64,000 nt of DNA from Savitreella phatthalungensis (Eukaryota). The translations under genes and the position numbers were made by a program. The DNA lies in contig AP039697.1 in assembly GCA_051599415.1 (NCBI GenBank), positions 310,001 to 374,000 of the forward strand, given 5' to 3'. Below are positions 10,766 through 22,560 of this stretch, one piece after another. The notes under the pieces are model-generated. The model was given only the letters and a program-made list of their open reading frames with translations. It was not told where the DNA came from and ran no database searches. Position 1 is the first letter of the stretch; the number at the start of each line of letters is the position of its first letter.

Positions 10766-12109
10766 ACCGATAGCAGATGATATCCGGAGCACAATCGTGG
10801 AATGCAATGCTTGATGATTTGTAGAAGAATCAGTTCGTCTTGGCTGTGCCTGCCGGTGGCTGATCGTGCATGTTGCCGTGACCCATCCAATATGATGATT
10901 GATCGAGTCGAGTTCGATCTCGATCAAATCTCGTACACCTATATTGTATGCATTCAGTATGTATCGAAGTCGCTAACCATACACGTGTTCTTCGTCACGG
11001 TGGAACCAGAATTCACATGACAATTAATCCAACCAATTAATTTATGCATGTCATTCGCGCACGCAGTCCATTTTCGTCATTTTTGCCGTGCATTGATGAT
11101 CGAATGTTTGAAAACTTTCAAGTTTGACGTCCCATGTATCTGCTGTAGAAGCAAAATAGCATGCTAATGCTCTCCGAGCCATCTTTCCCAGGACTGCTAC
11201 GGTGCAATCTTGACCTGCATGGCGGCCTCCATATGAGAAGACCACCAGAATCATTATCACTCACTGGTGCAATTATCGGCGGCTCTACGTACGCGTGACT
11301 CGAGATAAAGCGTTAAACGACCGGTGGATAAGCGTTCCGACGCGTAGAATTCGACGACTTTTAAAATCATGTAATGTAGGGGCAGATGTTGATCTAAGCC
11401 ACGTCCGAAGTTTTCGTGGCAGGGCGCAGGAGAGAGTTGCGAAGCTCTCGGGCCACTTCAATTTTCAACTGGTCAGTGTTTTGCTGCACTGCCTCGGTGT
11501 CATCGAATCAGAGCTGGCCTGGTGCTAATACGACTGAGGGAACTAGAATCAGCCTTGGAGACTTCTGGTTGACCCAGCTTCACAAAAGAATTCGAGGGCT
11601 GAGCAGAGTTGAATAGAAGGTTGTGTAGAAAAGAGCGCAGGAGACAAGTCAAGCAAGCCGGTGAGCGCCGAAGTCGAAATTGAGAGAGAATAATATTGAT
11701 ACATTCTGATCATATATGAATTGAGTCAATCCTATCTAAACCATTCCATGATGCACGGCTTCTGATCAAAACAGTGCTTTTGTTTCTACAGTGGTTGCAG
11801 CTAGTGAACGGAGACTGGTGCACGCGCCCACAAGTCAGAGCTTCTTCTACTATTCATCCACATCCAGATGTAAATCGATGTTTGTATCCACATCCAAACA
11901 GATACGTACTGGTACGCGAATAAGCCGTTAGCCAGGGGTCGAGGCGCGCAACGGCGATCCATACCTGCGTCCCTTGGATGTGTGAATGTGTATGTGAGCG
12001 CACGAAATTGAATATGCACTATTATCACAACCGTGGTAGAGGTCTCGATTGTATATACTCTGAGCAAAAAAGTCAACGCACGCGCCGCGTAGCGTCTCTT
12101 TGACCGTCG

Positions 12110-12139
12110 TTCGTCATCGTCATCGTCATCGTCATCGTT
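12110..12139. repeat. (TCGTCA)n microsatellite
   Basis: About 4-5 tandem TCGTCA units in intergenic DNA. Confidence 0.8.
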
Positions 12140-12532
12140 CGTGGTCAAAGCTGACAGCTTTGATTATCTCACGATTACGAAGCGTCGACAACCACCGCAT
12201 ATCTGCCAACGCGTGACCTGGAAGCTTGATCGGAAACAAAAGAAACGTAACTCCTCATCACGAGATTGTCCGACCTGACGCAGACCAGCTTGACATCATT
12301 CTTCACAAGCTGGTCGCGTGCTCTTGCTCAGCATCATCATTCGCCGGAATACGTTTTCGACCCGACGATAGTTCGAGGGAGAGCGCGCAAATCTGACCAG
12401 ACCTGACGCGTCTCCTCGTCTCGTGCCAACAGCGACACACGGGATGAATACATAACCCGACCGCAGCATCTTCATCATTCATAGGACTGACGACAAAGTC
12501 GACGTGCGTGACTACACACAGATCCGTCCAGC

Positions 12533-15475
12533 ATGATCGCCTTGCATCACCAGCGGCTGAACACCGTCGGCAGCAATGCGCAACAGATGCCGCCGTCGCC
12601 CGGCTCTTCACGCGTGTCGAGTCTCTCGTCGGCTGTATCGACCCTGATAATCGGTGACTACCAAGATTTCTATCGTGCCATTCATCCATTCGAAGCCCCG
12701 ACCGAAGCAAGTAATCCTCGCACAAAGTGCCTTACCCTTCAGCCTGGCATGCTTCTCTACATTCATCATGTTCACGAGACCGGCTGGGCTGACGGCTCGA
12801 CGCTCGATGGTGAACGTGGTTGGTTTCCTTCCAATTTCTGTGAGCCAATCTTGCCTGCTCTATTGCGCAGCCTCGGTTCGGCGCGCGACACCCTGCTCGA
12901 CCAGCTCAGCTCAGAAGATACCACACGGCTCGGTGTCGCCGTTCAGTCTGTCGTGGCAGAGGTCCGACAATTGCTAGAGACAACCGGATGTCTGTCGCGC
13001 ACTGGTGACCTTGTGCAGGCCGACGACAACGTGCGGAGGCAACGCAAATTGCTTCTTCATGAGCTTGCTGCCCTCACGCGATCCCTTAAGCGAGTCACGC
13101 CTACCAATACTCTCGACCTATCGTGGCATACGAGAAAGGTGTACAAAGCAGCTGCTCGATTGCTTTTCTCCACAGCTATGGCTGGTCGCACAAGCATCTC
13201 TCCAAACGATTATCTTCGTTCGCCAGCTGATCTTCTGACGCCTGTGTCTATGGACTTTCCACGATTCGGTGGCAGTGTATCGTTCGGCACGGCGCGGTCC
13301 TCCGCTGCCACAACGATCTCGACTGCAGGTGACCTCAATAAGCCGCTGCCTCCTGTGGATACTCAGACTGCGCCCTCTTCTAGCAAGTCTGCCGTCGACG
13401 CTGTCAATCAACTCCGCGAGACCTTGTTGTCAAGTCTCAGCAGATTGACAAGCGAATCGCAGCTGACTCTGAAGTTGGCCCGCCCGGGAGCTCTCGGCTC
13501 GACACTGAGAGGATGTGCCGACAGCATGCGTTCCTTCCTCTCGCTCGTCGAGGCTATCAACGGGCGGTGGCGTGATCGCAGGCTCGCGAGACAAGTCCAG
13601 CAGCTTTATCGGCTTGTCACTGAACTGGTTAGCTCGACAAAGCTTATGGTCACTTCCTCACACGACGATTTCCAGAATAAGCTGCGCCTCGGAGAGGATC
13701 CTCTGGCACCTCAGACCACTGCTCTTGTCCGAGCTGTCAACGAGTGTATCGCACGACTACAGGATCTTTTCTCAGTCCATGGAGATTTTCCACTTATGCA
13801 GGCTGTAACGGCAGAGATTGAGCACGAGCAGACAGCGCCAGCGATCACAATCACGCGCGATGCGACTGCCTCGTCTTTGGCCTCAAGCAACGGCACAAAC
13901 CCGGTAGACGAGCTGGAAACCCAGGTCAGTTCTCTGTCAGTCGCACATGCACGAACGAAACCAGAAACAGCTTATCCTATCCTGCCAGACACGCCTGCCA
14001 CGCCTGATCTGAACTTCGATCAGTCCGCGTCTGTTGTTTCAAGCAGTCCTCCGCCAGAGGTCGAGCAAATCGTCTACAGCTCGGATGGACGGCTCATCGG
14101 GGCGTCCCTCGCAGCACTCGTGCAACGGCTCACGCCACACGATCATTCACCGGAAACAAAGTTCGTCGATGCTTTCATGCAGACTTTCAGACTCTTCACT
14201 ACACCTGAGCAGCTCGCCGTTGTCCTTGAAGCCCGATTTGCAAATGCTCAAGACCTTGGCGAACTGGATGAAGAGGCTCGTGTCGGTCCGCAGCGACTCG
14301 TGCGCCTTCGTGCTTTCAATCTGCTCAAGAAGTGGCTCGAGGTGTACTGGCGGTCTGATACAGACGAGCCTGCCAAGCTTGTGATCACAAGATTGGCTAA
14401 TTCGCAAGTTGCGCAGGAACTGCCGGGCCACGAGAGACGACTTCACGCATTGCTCGAACGCACAACCTTGAGCAGTGAAGTCACGCCACCGCAGAGGAGC
14501 CCCGTCGACTCAAGTAGATGGCCTAAAACTAATCTCCAGAGCGATGTTGTTTCGAGACTCTCCAGTCCCGAGGAGTCCGTATCCGTCCTCGATCTCGACG
14601 CGTGCGAGCTCGCACGACAGATCACCCTGCTCGAAGCTGGAGTCTTCCTTGCAATCAAGCCAGAAGAGCTCTTAGGACAAGAATTTGAGAAGCCTGCGAA
14701 AGACTCTCGATCCATCAACATCAAACGCATGGGTGCGATGAGTACCGATCTCGCGGCTTGGGTTGCAGACTCAATTCTTAACGAAACCAATCAAAATTGT
14801 CGATCGCGTGCGCTGGCAAAGTGGGTTGCTGTGGCACGCTACTGCCTCGAGCTTCAAAACTACAATACACTCTTTGCCGTGCTCTGTGCCCTGGCCAGCA
14901 GCACCATATCTCGCCTCAAGCGTACTTGGAACGGGGTCTCCGAATCTGTCAGACAAGAATTTGCCAGTCTGAAGGTCCACACCGAACATGATCGCAATTA
15001 TTCGGCCTATCGAGCACGACTCCGTCTAGCAGTCGCCCCGTGTTTACCATTCGTTGGTCTTTTCCTGACCGACTTGACTTTCATCACACAAGGCAACCCT
15101 GACGCGCGGACGATTCCTGCGAGATCAAGCACAGGTGAACACGCCATGCTCCCTGTCTTGGGAGGATTCGGACGGCCTGTGGCGGCACCTACCAAGGTGA
15201 TCAATTTTGATAAATATGCACGCATTAGCGCGGTACTCTCAGACGTCCAACGTCTTCAAGTGCCGTACGACCTAAGGCCGGTGCCGGAGATGCAAAATTG
15301 GCTCGAGAAGCAGCTTCATTCGACAAAACAATCTGCGAATGATTTATACCGGCGTTCTCTCGTGCTCGAACCCCGAGCTGGAACAACAGCAGCTGGAGAT
15401 CCTTCCGCGACTGCGATGGCACGCAACGCCAGTCAATGCAGCGAAGCGTCCTCTGCGCTTGTCGGCGTGGCGTGA
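12533..15475 (+). CDS. SH3-containing Ras guanine nucleotide exchange factor (Cdc25 family)
   Basis: N-terminal SH3 (GWADG..GERGWFPSNF), REM (FMQTFRLF..LKKWLEVYW) and CDC25 domain (ELARQITL, LQNYN, ISRLKRTW, PCLPFVGLFLTDLTF, INFDK). Confidence 0.93.
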   Translation: MIALHHQRLNTVGSNAQQMPPSPGSSRVSSLSSAVSTLIIGDYQDFYRAIHPFEAPTEASNPRTKCLTLQPGMLLYIHHVHETGWADGSTLDGERGWFPSNFCEPILPALLRSLGSARDTLLDQLSSEDTTRLGVAVQSVVAEVRQLLETTGCLSRTGDLVQADDNVRRQRKLLLHELAALTRSLKRVTPTNTLDLSWHTRKVYKAAARLLFSTAMAGRTSISPNDYLRSPADLLTPVSMDFPRFGGSVSFGTARSSAATTISTAGDLNKPLPPVDTQTAPSSSKSAVDAVNQLRETLLSSLSRLTSESQLTLKLARPGALGSTLRGCADSMRSFLSLVEAINGRWRDRRLARQVQQLYRLVTELVSSTKLMVTSSHDDFQNKLRLGEDPLAPQTTALVRAVNECIARLQDLFSVHGDFPLMQAVTAEIEHEQTAPAITITRDATASSLASSNGTNPVDELETQVSSLSVAHARTKPETAYPILPDTPATPDLNFDQSASVVSSSPPPEVEQIVYSSDGRLIGASLAALVQRLTPHDHSPETKFVDAFMQTFRLFTTPEQLAVVLEARFANAQDLGELDEEARVGPQRLVRLRAFNLLKKWLEVYWRSDTDEPAKLVITRLANSQVAQELPGHERRLHALLERTTLSSEVTPPQRSPVDSSRWPKTNLQSDVVSRLSSPEESVSVLDLDACELARQITLLEAGVFLAIKPEELLGQEFEKPAKDSRSINIKRMGAMSTDLAAWVADSILNETNQNCRSRALAKWVAVARYCLELQNYNTLFAVLCALASSTISRLKRTWNGVSESVRQEFASLKVHTEHDRNYSAYRARLRLAVAPCLPFVGLFLTDLTFITQGNPDARTIPARSSTGEHAMLPVLGGFGRPVAAPTKVINFDKYARISAVLSDVQRLQVPYDLRPVPEMQNWLEKQLHSTKQSANDLYRRSLVLEPRAGTTAAGDPSATAMARNASQCSEASSALVGVA

Positions 15476-15550
15476 GACAGCGTGTATACTATCATGCACG
15501 TTCGAGAATACTCAGCTCTAGAATAGAAAGCCGGCATAGTTCTCTTTCAA

Positions 15551-16291
15551 TTATGTGGACAACTGCAAGGCCGCTGATGGCACCAGTTTCTGCTCACTGA
15601 GCGTCTTGTCGAGATCGAGCTGCTGTCCAAAAGTGCGAAATTTGGCCGACCCGGCAGCGATGCCGGTCTCAGCAGAGACATCTTCTGCTACTTGGCGTAA
15701 TGTCGTTTGCGGGTCAAATGTTCGTGTCAAAGGAGACCTGCCGACCACGCGAATCTGCAACCTGGCGACCGACAAATCGGCTTTCTTTGCCGCGGTCGGG
15801 AGATCTTGCCTGTGGGACGCGATAGTCGGCGCAGCCGCGGGCATGACCTCCCCTTTAGCACGAGCTGCCCGCTCCGCCTTGTCCTGAGCAATTTGCGCGA
15901 GAACACGCTGTTTGGCTTCGGCGTCCTCGCGTTTCTGTCGTTTCGCCTTCTCGATCTGTTTCAGCTCCTCCTTACGTTGTAGCTCTTCCTGCAATTGTGC
16001 AGACTCCTGGGTCTTCTTCCTTTCTATTGCGGCATTCTTCTTTGCATTCTCAGCATCTTCCTCAGCCTGCTTCGCGCGCTTTACGGCTAGTTTCTCGCGC
16101 AGATATGCTAGCTTTTCAGCTTTCTCCTCCTCGGTCAATGGCACGATTGGATCTGTCGATTCACTGAATGCTTGATGCCCCGTCTTATCGGCGTGCCAAC
16201 TCGCCAGCGTCGTGTCTTTTAGCAACTTTCCGCATTCATCACATTTGAAGGACTGTGCCTGAGGCTCGGTAGAGGATGGTTCAGACGACAT
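15551..16291 (-). CDS. C2H2 zinc finger / coiled-coil / UBX domain protein (UBXN1-like, no UBA seen)
   Basis: CDECGK..HADKTGH, charged coiled coil, RLQIR...KTLSEQKLVPSAAL UBX end. Confidence 0.82.
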   Translation of the reverse strand: MSSEPSSTEPQAQSFKCDECGKLLKDTTLASWHADKTGHQAFSESTDPIVPLTEEEKAEKLAYLREKLAVKRAKQAEEDAENAKKNAAIERKKTQESAQLQEELQRKEELKQIEKAKRQKREDAEAKQRVLAQIAQDKAERAARAKGEVMPAAAPTIASHRQDLPTAAKKADLSVARLQIRVVGRSPLTRTFDPQTTLRQVAEDVSAETGIAAGSAKFRTFGQQLDLDKTLSEQKLVPSAALQLST

Positions 16292-16809
16292 TCTTGACGA
16301 TTGAGAGCACGCACATCAAGAACTCTTTCGACTCTGTTTTGAGTCTACATGGCTCGAAGGTGTCTCCAGAGAGCCTCAGCTGCCTAAGCCATGGTCGTGT
16401 GCATGCGCCACTCGCTGAGTTGTGGTTTGCAATGACGTACGCCACTGATCACTTTTTGCATTTATATTTCGTCTGCCATCATTCAGTGCTAGGGATTCAT
16501 GGTCGCTAGCTATCGTAGCTGATTCCTGTTGCCTAGCGGATACGTCTGCGCACTGATACCCTGATCGGTAGATCGACCGCCTGCCACGGCGACAACGATC
16601 CTAGTGCTCGCTGGTCATTTGAGGTTGGAACAAGGCTTGCAAAACTAGGCGAGTTTGTTCGACGTTGTCAGCGCACCGGTAGAGATTTTCGACGCGAGCA
16701 TATAAGCCATCGTTCCGATACATCACAGGTATCAGCGTGCGTGGCATCCTCAAAAACTACAACAGCAGGGTTCTAAGCCTCCGGCACTCCTTTTACGAGC
16801 AACATCAAC

Positions 16810-17647
16810 ATGAGTGTCGAGTGTCCAAACCACCTCGGGGTAAGCGCCTATGAGCCCGGAAAAAAATCCCAGTTAGCTGACCTTCTAGTTCCACCGTCCG
16901 CTGACCGAGCTGGTGCGCGAGACTCTCAGAGTCCGCAACCCGAACAACACTCCGGTCGCTTTTAAGGTGAAGACGACGGCACCAAAGCTCTACTGCGTCC
17001 GCCCAAATTCGGGACGTATTGAGGCAGGCCAAGAGATTGAGGTGCAGGTTCTTCTTCAGGCAATGAAGGAAGAACCGCCCGCAGATTTCAAATGCCGCGA
17101 CAAGTTCCTTGTCCAAAGCACAGCCATTTCGCCCGAAGCCGAATCTGCCAGCATCTCGGAACTCTGGTCCGAACTCGAGCGCAGCGGCAAGCACGAGGTG
17201 CACGAGCGTAAGATCCGATGCTTATTTCTTCCGGCAGATGGCAGTGCAGCAACGCCATCTGCATCAATTACGAATGGCCACGGCGCCGCGTCAGTGGGCG
17301 GTAACACCCCAGTTTTATCATCTGGCGCCCTCTCACACGAAGGAGAGGCCCGTGCACCAGCAGAGCCCAGCGCTCCCACAGCAGTGTATGATTCCTCTTT
17401 CGTGTCGACAGCTCAAAGTCCGGTAGCAGCGGAATCATCTGGGCAACGCGAAAAATCTGCGTCTACATCACCTACGGAGGACCTCAATTCTCTGAGAGCA
17501 GAGAACGAAAACCTGCGTCAGCAATTACGCAGGGCACAACAGCACAGCGGTGGAAGCAAGACCGTCCAGGCAGCTCAAGGCGTGCCTGTGCACATTTCCG
17601 CTTTGCTCGCGCTCGTCGCTTTCTTAGCAGCATACCTGCTGTTCTGA
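16810..17647 (+). CDS. SCS2: VAP/Scs2 ER contact-site protein; intron 16840..16888
   Basis: Exon 1 MSVECPNHLG, intron GTAAGC..GCTGAC..TAG, exon 2 FHRPLTE..AFKVKTTAPKLYCVRPNSG MSP domain, C-terminal TM. Confidence 0.93.
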
Positions 17648-18151
17648 CGAGACACCAACTCCTGCTCGCTTACTCTCCTCACCACCTTCATCCGACTGCT
17701 GATAGTCCTTGCTGCAAGCGATGTAGAACGACTCTTTGATTTGGCCTCTCTAATGCTATCCACGTTGAGGCCAATAGGTGTGCATCCATGCCACGTGACA
17801 AGTGATGTGAAGCCGGTATTCCCGATGAGTCTCTTCGGGCGAATTCGCCCATACATGGAGAACCATATCGAATTCGTTTTTGACGGTCAAAGAGTTAAGC
17901 AAACACAAATGCCGGCATATCCGCTAGCGCCAGACGTCATGTGGCCCGTGCATCCAATCTGACTGAGCTGCTTTCAATGGTATCCTCTGTCCGGGGTCAG
18001 CAAAAGAACGACCTACCCCGGATTGGAGTGAGCTTCGCATTACAGAACGTTGACAGTATTCACGAGATGTGTCACGTTTGGTTTTGCGCCCGGACTTCCT
18101 CATCTTGTGAAAGAAAATCTTTCACATCGTCTACGACATCCTGTGCAGGCC

Positions 18152-19135
18152 ATGGAATCAAATGGAGACCTGGAAAGACAGGTAGAGTCGACCGCAGCAC
18201 AGCTCGACTACGAGCATCTCGACGAGCTTAAACGCGGCCGTCAGACACATCGGAAACGCTGGCGAGACCGGGCTAGGTGGCCAGGACTCGATGAAATCCC
18301 ATACCCTATTGCACACTTCCTCGGCCACAGAACGCCAGAAACGTCAGGCAAGCCGCTGCTGCCAGGCTTGTCATATCTACCAACGATCCTCGAGCAGTCC
18401 TTGATTCAATGGATTGGCGTATTCGCAGGCCTGAGCTTCATCATGATATTGTTCTCCCACTGGGACATCATCGACAATCGCATAAACGGTCCTTTGAGCG
18501 GGCAAACGCCGATTGTGATCGGCTCTTTTGGCGCATCAAGTGTGATTGTGTACGGAGCTCCCAACTCTCCATTTGCCCGACCAAGAAGCTTTTTCGGCGG
18601 ACAACTTCTGTCTGCGCTAGTTGGGATCTGCATCACAAAACTCTTTGCCTTGAGCTCGCACTACAATGTTCAGGATCCGGAATCCTATAGTTCTCTCGTC
18701 TGGGTGGCAGGCGGTGTCGCCACGGCCACGGCAGTGATTGCAATGATGTTAACCAAAACAGTGCATCCTCCGGGCGGCGCTACTGCGCTGCTAGCGGCCA
18801 CGTCGCCACCCGTCGTTCGCCTTTCGTGGTCCTATCTGGCGGTTGTGCTCATCTCTTGTCTCATGATGAAAGGTTGGGCGCTGTTTTGGCTAAATCTGGG
18901 TAGTGGACGATTTCCTGACTATTGGTGGTCGGACTCGAAGCAAAACGATTCAGTTTCGCCATCGGCACCCGTCTCGCCGCCGCCACAAGAAACGACGCAT
19001 AAAGATTCTCTGACGAGGCAGTGGACAGGAAGGAGCGAAGCGACCCTCGGCCCTCAGGATATGCAAGAAAAGGACACACGAGGCCAGGCTCTACGGACAC
19101 TCTCATGCCCGGCACTGAAATCACTCGTTTCCTAA
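18152..19135 (+). CDS. HPP-family integral membrane protein
   Basis: GSFGASSVIVYGAPNSPFARPR and TVHPPGGATAL motifs, several TM segments. Confidence 0.9.
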   Translation: MESNGDLERQVESTAAQLDYEHLDELKRGRQTHRKRWRDRARWPGLDEIPYPIAHFLGHRTPETSGKPLLPGLSYLPTILEQSLIQWIGVFAGLSFIMILFSHWDIIDNRINGPLSGQTPIVIGSFGASSVIVYGAPNSPFARPRSFFGGQLLSALVGICITKLFALSSHYNVQDPESYSSLVWVAGGVATATAVIAMMLTKTVHPPGGATALLAATSPPVVRLSWSYLAVVLISCLMMKGWALFWLNLGSGRFPDYWWSDSKQNDSVSPSAPVSPPPQETTHKDSLTRQWTGRSEATLGPQDMQEKDTRGQALRTLSCPALKSLVS

Positions 19136-19206
19136 ATTATCGGGATCACCGTGCGAGCAGTTGCAAGGACTGTTCTCGCCTTGCTGATGATAGACACGGA
19201 ATAATG

Positions 19207-19236
19207 ACATGGACATACGCACATGGACATACGCAC
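19207..19236. repeat. 14-nt tandem duplication (ACATGGACATACGC x2)
   Basis: Seen directly downstream of the HPP gene. Confidence 0.8.
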
Positions 19237-20141
19237 GTTGTCCTTGAGTTGCTTGTAGGTTCGGCTTGGCACACCATAATTTACGAGTGTGAAAGGTGAC
19301 ACGCGCATGCTGTTTGAGCACTCGACGGCAATGGCCAATGCCGTGTCCTCTAGACGGTGCGTGGTCGATCACATCAGATACCTGGAAGCAACAGATCATC
19401 TCTACATTGTAAACACGCGATTCAGCGTCTTGTCGCGTGCCAGCCTCTTGCAATGCATGACTCCAGCTTGACCTCTATTACATTGGTTCTCTCTTCAATG
19501 GCGTCAACTCGAATCTGGGAGATCATAACTCTATTGGCTGTGGTACGAGATCCAGGCAATGGTAAAATGAGCTGCTAAATTGGATCGCGGAAATTTCGGC
19601 ACTGATTAAACCATGTCTACAGATTGGTCGACTTCCTTTTCGCAGTATGATACCTCGCGCGTGCCGTTCTGACTCCAATCACATACAGATGACTTTCGCC
19701 CACGTTCCGTCATTCGAAATTGCGTCAAGTTTTCGAGTACGAGTAGTTTTGCAATGCGGATTTGACAAACTCAGTTGTTGACATCAATCCCTTAAGCTTC
19801 ATCAGATTGCCCAAAACAATTAAGAAAATACAATGAAAAGCGTGCTTCATTCCCCGGATGATTGACTTCCGAAGTCAAAGCCCCAGCCAATTTTTCTAGC
19901 CGGGCTGATGCAGGTCGAGCAATGCAGGATTCCTATTGACACATCCGAGCAGAATAGGACTCGACTGCAGACATCATCGCAAGCCTCGTATGGTTGTTGC
20001 TTCAGCCATGGGGCGGAACTTCGTTGGGAGGTCCGCGAAAGCCTTCGTCGATACACTTGATAATGACATCCAGGTCAGTATAAGAATAGCTTGTCGTCCT
20101 CACTTGCTAATAGTGTACCAGTCCTTTTTCTCACAATCAAC

Positions 20142-21089
20142 ATGAAATTCTCAACGGTTTCTATTGCCACTCTCGCTCTCGGTACTGTCGCTGCCTCTGA
20201 CATTGAGAAACGCCAAAATGCGGCAGGCATCAACGATGCAGTCATTCTCAACTACGCACTGACTCTTGAGCACCTTGAGAACGCCTTCTACAGCCAGGCC
20301 CTCGCTCGTTACAGCGCTCAGGACTTTATCAATGCCGGCTTCCCTGCGCCATTCTACCGTAATTTGCAGGAGATTTCCAAGGATGAGGCGGCCCATGTCG
20401 CCTTCTTGCAACAGGGCTTGACAGCTGCTGGCGCGACTCCAGTTCAGCCATGCACGTACAACTTCCCGTACACTTCGCCAGGTGGCTTCGTCACGCTGGC
20501 AAAGGCACTCGAGGGTGTCGGAGTATCAGCCTACTTGGGTGCGGCTCAGAACATCACCAGCAAGGCCTACCTCACCGCGGCTGCCGCCATCTTGACGGTC
20601 GAGGCTCGTCACACCGCCTACGTCCGCGCAGGTCTGCGTCTCTCGCCTTTCCCAGGACCATTTGATTCGCCACTTGACTTCAACGAGGTGTACACGCTAG
20701 CCGCTCAGTTCATCACTGGCTGCCCTGCTACTGGCGCAGCCTCGTCGCTCAACCTGCCAGTCAAGGCTTTCCCGACCCTGTCGTTCGCTTCGTCGACTCA
20801 GGCCACTTCTGGCGCCAGCCAGCAATTCACTCTCGGCAACACCGCCAACCTGCAGAACACGAACGGCCTCTCTGTTGCATTCATCTCGGGACTCAATGTT
20901 GTCTACGCACCAGCAGCTGTCTCTGGAAAGACCGTGACCGTCACTATCCCGACGTCCGGTCTCGATGGCCAGGTCTACGCGCTCCTGACCACTCAGTCAA
21001 CCGGCAGCACCGTGCTCGACTCCAATATCGTCGCTGGCCCAGCAATCGTCGAGATTGCCCTCCCCGGCGCAAATCCCCTTTCCGCATAA
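20142..21089 (+). CDS. Secreted ferritin-like Rds1-family protein
   Basis: Signal peptide plus KR site; ILNYALTLEHLENAFY, DEAAH, LEGVGVSAYLGAA, ILTVEARH di-iron motifs. Confidence 0.9.
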   Translation: MKFSTVSIATLALGTVAASDIEKRQNAAGINDAVILNYALTLEHLENAFYSQALARYSAQDFINAGFPAPFYRNLQEISKDEAAHVAFLQQGLTAAGATPVQPCTYNFPYTSPGGFVTLAKALEGVGVSAYLGAAQNITSKAYLTAAAAILTVEARHTAYVRAGLRLSPFPGPFDSPLDFNEVYTLAAQFITGCPATGAASSLNLPVKAFPTLSFASSTQATSGASQQFTLGNTANLQNTNGLSVAFISGLNVVYAPAAVSGKTVTVTIPTSGLDGQVYALLTTQSTGSTVLDSNIVAGPAIVEIALPGANPLSA

Positions 21090-21192
21090 AAAGTAACCTA
21101 ATATCAGTGGTCATTTGTCCTACCCATTGTTCAGTATAGTAGATAGTCTAATCCGATAAGTGTCCCAAGATCTCCGTAGTAGAACAAGTACA

Positions 21193-22221
21193 TCACAACT
21201 TTGAGGCCGCTGTCCGCACCTGCTTGACGAGCGATGGACGCCGGCGCTTCTGGAGATAGTCGACGTTCGCCATAGCCTCTTGGAAAACTGAGGCAACGTG
21301 CCGTCCACGCTTGTCCCACATGTGACCACGTACCAAAGTCCGTTTGTTACCCGTTTGGGGAGATCGCGTTTCAAACGTGATCCAATCGCCCTTATGATCC
21401 TTCGAGACATCTTCGGCAATGGCCAGTGATCTGTGGATGATGGTTGAATGGTCCAGACTGGCGACGCGGTTGAAAGAGATCTCTTCGGTGGCGGCATGCG
21501 CGTTCGTGGCAGTGAACAGAAAGTTTCGATCGCTCGCGTACAGCAGAATCACACACTGAAAGTTGTGACTCTTTTCAGCAACAGGGCGACGCGGACGGAA
21601 GTGATGTATCTGACGACGCTTCTGAACAGGCTGTCGCCGATTTTCAGTCCTGTGATCCTCCTTGCGTATGTCAAGTGGCATTTGCCAGTTCGACCTGTAT
21701 CGAGTAACGCCGGGCATGTCAACATCAGGACATGGCGGTACCTGGTCGATCTTGTGATATGGCACAGCGCGCTTCGTTCTTGGAGTGTCGTGCGCAATGC
21801 AGTCCTCATCCTTCGCGTCGTTGTTCATATCGGTTTTGAAGCTAGCGAAGCAGGTGTAGATACATTTGTCAAACTGCAAGGCTTCGATACGTCGCTGGCA
21901 ATAATTGCGACCCGTGCGCACGTCATACACCTTGTAAACAATGCGCTCATTTGCATTTCCCGGCCTGAGGAAATATCCGTGCGTCGAATGCAGGTCAAAC
22001 TCAGCAGACGGCAGAGTCTGACACGCTGCCCAGACGGTCTGCGCAATTGCGTGACCCCCATAGATGCCGTGATCATCATGGCGCTGGTCACCGAACGTCG
22101 GTATCCAAGCCAGCTCCTTGCCCATGAAAATGCGTGGCCATTCTTTTGGATCGCCAAGCTCTTCTAGCTGCATGATAATCTCAACATCGTCACAGTACTC
22201 TCCTCGTTCATCTCCAGCCAT
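21193..22221 (-). CDS. TES1: Peroxisomal acyl-CoA thioesterase II
   Basis: IYGGHAIAQ, LHSTHGYF, YASDRNF, ASLDHS, VFQEA; C-terminal PTS1 SKL. Confidence 0.92.
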   Translation of the reverse strand: MAGDERGEYCDDVEIIMQLEELGDPKEWPRIFMGKELAWIPTFGDQRHDDHGIYGGHAIAQTVWAACQTLPSAEFDLHSTHGYFLRPGNANERIVYKVYDVRTGRNYCQRRIEALQFDKCIYTCFASFKTDMNNDAKDEDCIAHDTPRTKRAVPYHKIDQVPPCPDVDMPGVTRYRSNWQMPLDIRKEDHRTENRRQPVQKRRQIHHFRPRRPVAEKSHNFQCVILLYASDRNFLFTATNAHAATEEISFNRVASLDHSTIIHRSLAIAEDVSKDHKGDWITFETRSPQTGNKRTLVRGHMWDKRGRHVASVFQEAMANVDYLQKRRRPSLVKQVRTAASKL

Positions 22222-22560
22222 CTTCAGAAGCGATGCCCTTTGCAATCAAGGCAGCGCTATGACCTTATGTCTTCGAATTTATAGTCGGTGCCGCAGGAAC
22301 CGCCGAGGTCACTCGAGACTACCCCACATTTCCAAACTCTATAATTTAGTACTTTTGACGTTTGCGATGATTGTGATCTAAGGAAAGTGCCGATATGTGG
22401 ACGCTTTTTCGAAATCAATGCAATGAATATTCATCGTGCGTTTTACCTTCAAAAGACGGACTCAATTGCTGGGACGATATTCGGCGCAGATGATCAGACT
22501 CACGTGAAGCGCTGGCACGGTATTCTCTCTGTGATTCGTCATGTCATTCATCAAATCTGT

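Noticed and set aside
10766..12532. Hidden gene or ncRNA in the 1.8-kb MPP10/RasGEF intergenic region
   Set aside because: Only short motif-less ORFs, a microsatellite and a 3-codon uORF (12444); consistent with a long promoter and 5'UTR.
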